DNA from: a virus
Virus record (IMG/VR): IMGVR_UViG_3300021138_000019
Span: 10,033-74,032 of that record
DNA: 64,000 bases
Direction: 5' to 3' (one strand)
The position numbers and the translations under genes were made by a program. Each line of letters starts with the position of its first letter. The stretch's first letter is position 1. The notes beneath the pieces are model-generated. The model was not told the origin of the DNA. It was given only the letters and a program-made list of their open reading frames with translations, and did no database searches. Below are positions 59,697 through 64,000 of the stretch, in pieces.

Positions 59697-60494
59697 ATGG
59701 GGAATATTTCAATTGTAACTGCATTTTTTGATATTGGTCGAGGCGATTGGACTCCTGATAAAGGTCTCCCACACTATCTACAAAGAACTACAGACACTTA
59801 TGTAGACAGATTTTCTCATCTGGCAACACTTAATAACGAGTTAGTTATTTTTACTTCACAAGAATTGGTTGAAACAATTCAATCAAGATGTACTGAGAGG
59901 ACGGCACCTACACACATTATCACTATTGATTTTAAGAATCAATTTCACGAACAAAGAGATTTAATTAGTAAGATTCAGAAAGATCCAAACTTTCAAAAGA
60001 TGATTAACCCATATCAAGTTAAAAATCCTGAGTATTGGTCTGCTGACTATGTTTTAGTGAATTATCTTAAAACATTCTTTACCGAATTTGCAATTAAAGA
60101 AAACTTCGCTTCAAATGATTTAGTGGCATGGATGGATTTTGGATATTGTCGAGAAAAATCCACACTAAATGGTAAAACTGAATGGTCTTTTGATTTTGAA
60201 GAAGACAAGATACACTTCTTTGATTATAAATCATATAATGGTCAACCAATACAAACCATAATTGCGAATAATGACGTACATATTCTTGGTGCTAAAATTG
60301 TAGCAGGTAAAAATATGTGGCCTAAGTTAAGAGAATTAATTGGTGGGGCATTTAAAAATCTTACTGATGCAAATTTAATTGATGATGATCAGACAATGAT
60401 GTTGATGGCTAATCTGTATCAACCCGAAATATTTAAACTTCATAGAATAGAAGAAAGTAACCCGTTTGTTATGTTTAAAAATTATTGTAATTAA
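59697..60494 (+). CDS. HtrL/YibB-family glycosyltransferase-like protein
   Basis: IVTAFFDIGRGDW, PEYW..DYVLVN..K, AWMDFGY, DDDQ. Confidence 0.8.
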   Translation: MGNISIVTAFFDIGRGDWTPDKGLPHYLQRTTDTYVDRFSHLATLNNELVIFTSQELVETIQSRCTERTAPTHIITIDFKNQFHEQRDLISKIQKDPNFQKMINPYQVKNPEYWSADYVLVNYLKTFFTEFAIKENFASNDLVAWMDFGYCREKSTLNGKTEWSFDFEEDKIHFFDYKSYNGQPIQTIIANNDVHILGAKIVAGKNMWPKLRELIGGAFKNLTDANLIDDDQTMMLMANLYQPEIFKLHRIEESNPFVMFKNYCN

Positions 60495-60510
60495 AAAGGA
60501 AATATTATTT

Positions 60511-61068
60511 ATGAGCACGAAAGATTTTTCAAAAGTATATGTTTCGGGTGCAGGCATACCTGAATATATTAATAGATTGGGAGAAGGTACTGTAGGATTG
60601 GAGTTAGGTGTTTGGACTGGTGAAAATTTTGCAAACATTCTACAACAATGTCCTGGAATAAAAAAACTCTATGGTATGGATCCATATCTACCATATCAAG
60701 ATTGGAATAGACCAATTACACAAGAAATGATTGATGATGTTAAACGACAATCAATGGAAAATATTAACTTGTCCGGCCATGAAGATAAAGTAGAATTCCT
60801 TTTCACGACCGCAAAAGATGGCCTTCAGCTCATTGAAGACGGTTCTTTAGACTTTATTTTTGTTGATGGAGACCATTCATATGAAAATGCAAAACATGAT
60901 ATCAGCAACTATTATTCAAAAGTTCGTTCCGGTGGTTTATTCTCTGGACACGACTTTAGTTTACCTGGAGTAACAAAAGCTCTTAAAGAGTTTATTGTAG
61001 AGGCTGGAATTGATACTAAATTTTTGAATTTTACCGCCAATGATGTTTGGTTATGGTATAAACCATGA
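60511..61068 (+). CDS. class I SAM methyltransferase (Methyltransf_24-like)
   Basis: ELGVWTG, DFIFVDGDHSYE, GG..SGHD. Confidence 0.85.
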   Translation: MSTKDFSKVYVSGAGIPEYINRLGEGTVGLELGVWTGENFANILQQCPGIKKLYGMDPYLPYQDWNRPITQEMIDDVKRQSMENINLSGHEDKVEFLFTTAKDGLQLIEDGSLDFIFVDGDHSYENAKHDISNYYSKVRSGGLFSGHDFSLPGVTKALKEFIVEAGIDTKFLNFTANDVWLWYKP

Positions 61069-61736
61069 GTTATGTCTTTATTGTAACATCTGCATTATGC
61101 CCGAATACGGGCGTTTTTTCTAAAGAACAAAGATATGAACAAACATTAAACACAATTAAATCAATCAGAAGTAAAGTAGCAAATTCATTTATTTTACTTT
61201 CAGATTCTGGCCCTAATCCAGTTCCCGAAGAGTGGAAAAACAATCTTATCAAATTATGTGATGAAGTTATTTTTGTTAAAGATGACTTAATAGGCCAACT
61301 TAACAACTATAAAATGCAGACGCCGGCCGAAATCCATAACATGAAAAATGCATTACAGTATCTACAATATCTAGAACTTTATAAGACTAACAGAGTTTTT
61401 AAGATTACCGGTAGATCAGAATTAACTGATAATTTTGATATTATGCATTATACATCCAATCCTGAAATCAAAGATAAATATGTGTTCAAAACAAGTGTTG
61501 ATTCTTGGATGGGAAAAGGCATTAAGTTATATGATACTAGAATCTGGTCTTTTGACTATTCCATGATATCTGATGTTTGTAAAATGCATGACGAGGCTTT
61601 TAGTGTAGCTTGTACTACTGGTTTAGATTTGGAACATGTCTATTACAAAATGATACCTCCTGAAAAAGTGGTAGAAAAGAGTGTTTTGGGGCTAAGATGT
61701 CATGTTGCATCAGACGGAACGGTACGTGACGATTAA
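61065..61736 (+). CDS. hypothetical glycosyltransferase-like protein
   Basis: R.EQTL.TI.S, FKITGR; in the GT cluster. Confidence 0.55.
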   Translation: MSYVFIVTSALCPNTGVFSKEQRYEQTLNTIKSIRSKVANSFILLSDSGPNPVPEEWKNNLIKLCDEVIFVKDDLIGQLNNYKMQTPAEIHNMKNALQYLQYLELYKTNRVFKITGRSELTDNFDIMHYTSNPEIKDKYVFKTSVDSWMGKGIKLYDTRIWSFDYSMISDVCKMHDEAFSVACTTGLDLEHVYYKMIPPEKVVEKSVLGLRCHVASDGTVRDD

Positions 61737-61741
61737 AAATA

Positions 61742-61749
61742 TATAAATA
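61742..61749 (+). promoter_or_regulatory. late promoter
   Basis: TATAAATA. Confidence 0.8.
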
Positions 61750-61791
61750 AGGATACGGTAACCATAGTGTGTTACAAATCAAGAGGTATCC

Positions 61792-62727
61792 ATGTTATCA
61801 TTCAAACAATTCATATTAACAGAAGGCGGAAATATCAAGGCTAATGGTCATGCGGCAGAAGCCCTTGAAGTTCCGCACGGTAAACGTGCCGCTGTTCAAA
61901 AAGATGTTCACGGTGTTGCTAAAGCTGTTGCAGATTCATTTAGAAAATCGCATGGCGAGGGACACGATCTTTTTGGTAAAAATCATAAAGCTCTTGAAAC
62001 TGGTTCCGCATATGCAGGCTCAACTAATCATTTAATGGATAAAAAGATTAGTGACAATGATTTTCATCACGGAATGACAAAACCAGGTCAACATCACCCA
62101 AAACCGGGTGACATTGATTTAAAAGTTCCTGAAGAGCACTTAGATAAATTACACGATCATTTAGATAAAAATATTGGCAAAAAATTTGGTCCTTATACTC
62201 TATTAGGCACAAAAAAAGGTGCTGGACAAAGGCACGCCATTATGCAACATAATAAAACTAAAGCAAAGCACCAAATTGATTTTGAAGGTTCTCACTATGA
62301 AAATGATGAGCCGTCAAAGGGTGATCAATTCTCACATAGCTCAAATTGGGAAGATAGAAAAGTTGGCATTAAAGGCGCTCACCATAAAATTCTTATGAAT
62401 GCCGCAGGCAGAGATAAACACGTTTTCTCACCACAATATGGACTTGGCCAAAGAGCAAATAAACTACCCCCATCAAAACAAACAGATAGGACTAAAGATC
62501 CTAAAGAAGTTTCTAAACGTCTTTTTGGCGCTAAAGCAGATCATAATAAAATTCATTCTTTTCAAGGAGTTACTGACTTAATTAAGAAACACGTTAAGCC
62601 GGAACACCATCAAGAAATTTATAATAAATTTAAAGAAAGAACGGGAAGTTCGGATGTTAAAGATGCATTTAGCCATGAACATGCGTTAAATCACCTTAGG
62701 AAACATCTTGATGTACATGACGAATGA
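61792..62727 (+). CDS. His/Lys-rich late protein, possible nucleotidyltransferase fold
   Basis: MLSFKQFILTE N-terminus; AGS...GDIDL...QIDF. Confidence 0.6.
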   Translation: MLSFKQFILTEGGNIKANGHAAEALEVPHGKRAAVQKDVHGVAKAVADSFRKSHGEGHDLFGKNHKALETGSAYAGSTNHLMDKKISDNDFHHGMTKPGQHHPKPGDIDLKVPEEHLDKLHDHLDKNIGKKFGPYTLLGTKKGAGQRHAIMQHNKTKAKHQIDFEGSHYENDEPSKGDQFSHSSNWEDRKVGIKGAHHKILMNAAGRDKHVFSPQYGLGQRANKLPPSKQTDRTKDPKEVSKRLFGAKADHNKIHSFQGVTDLIKKHVKPEHHQEIYNKFKERTGSSDVKDAFSHEHALNHLRKHLDVHDE

Positions 62728-64000
62728 AAAGAACATTAAATGAATTTTTCAGAACCATTTCTGAAGCCAAAAAAGGTATAGTCGAAAAGTCACACTTCAA
62801 GGCGGTATTTGTTACTGGCGGGCCTGGTTCCGGAAAAGACATTATCATACGTGAATCTATTGCTCAAGGAACCTGTACAGAGTTAAACACAGTACAGGCA
62901 TTTAATTATTTGGCTGATAAGAAACGTTTATCCGAAAGGTCTTCTGATCATCGTAGAGAAGCCTTAAGAAATCGTGAATGTCTTGTTATAAACGGTCCTG
63001 CTGAAGACTATGAACGTATGGAATATATTAAAGAACAACTCGAAGACCTCGGCTATCAAATAATGCCGATTTTTGTTCAGGTATCTAATGATGCAAGTAA
63101 AGAAAGAAATGAAAAATTAACAAGAATGATTTCCGAATCACTCCGACAAGAAAAATGGCAGAAATCAAAACTTGTATTAGAAAAGTTTATATCCGTTTGG
63201 GGCAATCAAAAGTATCCAGTTATTGTATTTCAAAATGATGGAGAACTTGAAAAAATACAAGAAGAATTAAAAAAAGTTAGAAAAAAGATTCTCGAATTTG
63301 TTGTTGATAGGGAATGGTATACTGAAAATGAAATTGCGTATCATTGGCTCGATTCACATAACAAGTTAGATATTAATGAATCTTTTAATTACTTCGCCAC
63401 AAAGGAAACTTTAAATGAAATCTCTAAGAGAACTGATAGTAAAAATATTCAGCTTAAAACCACGGGAAAATACAACCCAGGACTTCTCGCCCCAACAAGT
63501 TCCACACCCGACAATAGACCGGGTGCTAACGGAATCGGAAAGAGTGACGAAATCAAAGGGGGAACATTCCCAAGAAAAAATCCAAACGGATTATCAATTG
63601 CCGGTGGCGCAGGAGCCGGAGCATACGCCGCCACCGAAGAAACAATCCCAACGCTCAAAATCGCCGGTCCCCCAAAAATCAAAAACTTCAACAAAGACGC
63701 CAACATCGAAAAGATCCTCAAAGGCAAAGGCGTAGGCAATCCTGTAACTGGTGGTAGAAATACATTAGGAAACGGTATGGGACCAACATTTAGCTCACGT
63801 TCAGGACTTCAAATGGGTCTTGGGGAACACAGTTTTAGTGCTTTTAGAAAGCAAGCGGAATCAATAGATAGTCCAGGCGAAAATGCTTGGGGTGTCTCTG
63901 GTAATGCAACCGGCGGTATGGATAAAGAAGGCATGAGAACATACAAAGATAAGGACCATATTGAAAAAATGGCCCCAACAGTTAAAAACAAAAACAAGAA
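62724..64000 (+). CDS. P-loop kinase-like protein with long low-complexity tail (runs off the window, absent from the ORF track)
   Basis: ATG overlaps the previous stop; KAVFVTGGPGSGKD Walker A; frame open to the window end. Confidence 0.8.
   Translation, partial: MKRTLNEFFRTISEAKKGIVEKSHFKAVFVTGGPGSGKDIIIRESIAQGTCTELNTVQAFNYLADKKRLSERSSDHRREALRNRECLVINGPAEDYERMEYIKEQLEDLGYQIMPIFVQVSNDASKERNEKLTRMISESLRQEKWQKSKLVLEKFISVWGNQKYPVIVFQNDGELEKIQEELKKVRKKILEFVVDREWYTENEIAYHWLDSHNKLDINESFNYFATKETLNEISKRTDSKNIQLKTTGKYNPGLLAPTSSTPDNRPGANGIGKSDEIKGGTFPRKNPNGLSIAGGAGAGAYAATEETIPTLKIAGPPKIKNFNKDANIEKILKGKGVGNPVTGGRNTLGNGMGPTFSSRSGLQMGLGEHSFSAFRKQAESIDSPGENAWGVSGNATGGMDKEGMRTYKDKDHIEKMAPTVKNKNK
63415..63735 (+). 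CDS. possible overprinted basic protein in the +1 frame
   Basis: AAGGAA RBS upstream of ATG; local GC/C-rich composition shift. Confidence 0.4.
   Translation: MKSLRELIVKIFSLKPRENTTQDFSPQQVPHPTIDRVLTESERVTKSKGEHSQEKIQTDYQLPVAQEPEHTPPPKKQSQRSKSPVPQKSKTSTKTPTSKRSSKAKA

Noticed and set aside
1-64000. Stop-codon reassignment
   Set aside because: Core genes read through intact in the standard code, all three stops are used, and no suppressor tRNA was found.

Overview
This window is a 64 kb, AT-rich, almost entirely plus-strand segment of a T4-like myovirus genome. It holds a modular fibre/appendage region (LamG and Gly-rich proteins, 1-14.2 kb), the neck-terminase-tail-head block (gp13-gp23, gp3), and recombination, replication and transcription genes (uvsY, uvsW, gp55, gp47/46, gp45/44/62, regA, gp43, uvsX, gp41). 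It also carries auxiliary genes (peptide deformylase, Hsp20, GroES, J-domain protein, cytidylyltransferase, DNA methyltransferase, glycosyltransferase cluster) and 12 tRNA genes. The most striking observation is an unannotated 32-codon leader ORF (44214-44312) overlapping mutually exclusive antiterminator/terminator hairpins directly in front of the tRNA array. Its codons match the tRNAs encoded downstream, so it is a candidate ribosome-stalling attenuator that switches on phage tRNAs when tRNA supply fails. Also notable are a DNA polymerase split in two around a free-standing HNH gene with helical, oppositely charged tails, a gp47 gene needing a +1 frameshift at UUU_CGG, structured RNAs and a boxA in the tRNA array, an antisense promoter in front of gp55, and a possible overprinted gene near the right end. 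All calls come from reading the sequence and from recalled family motifs; no searches were run.
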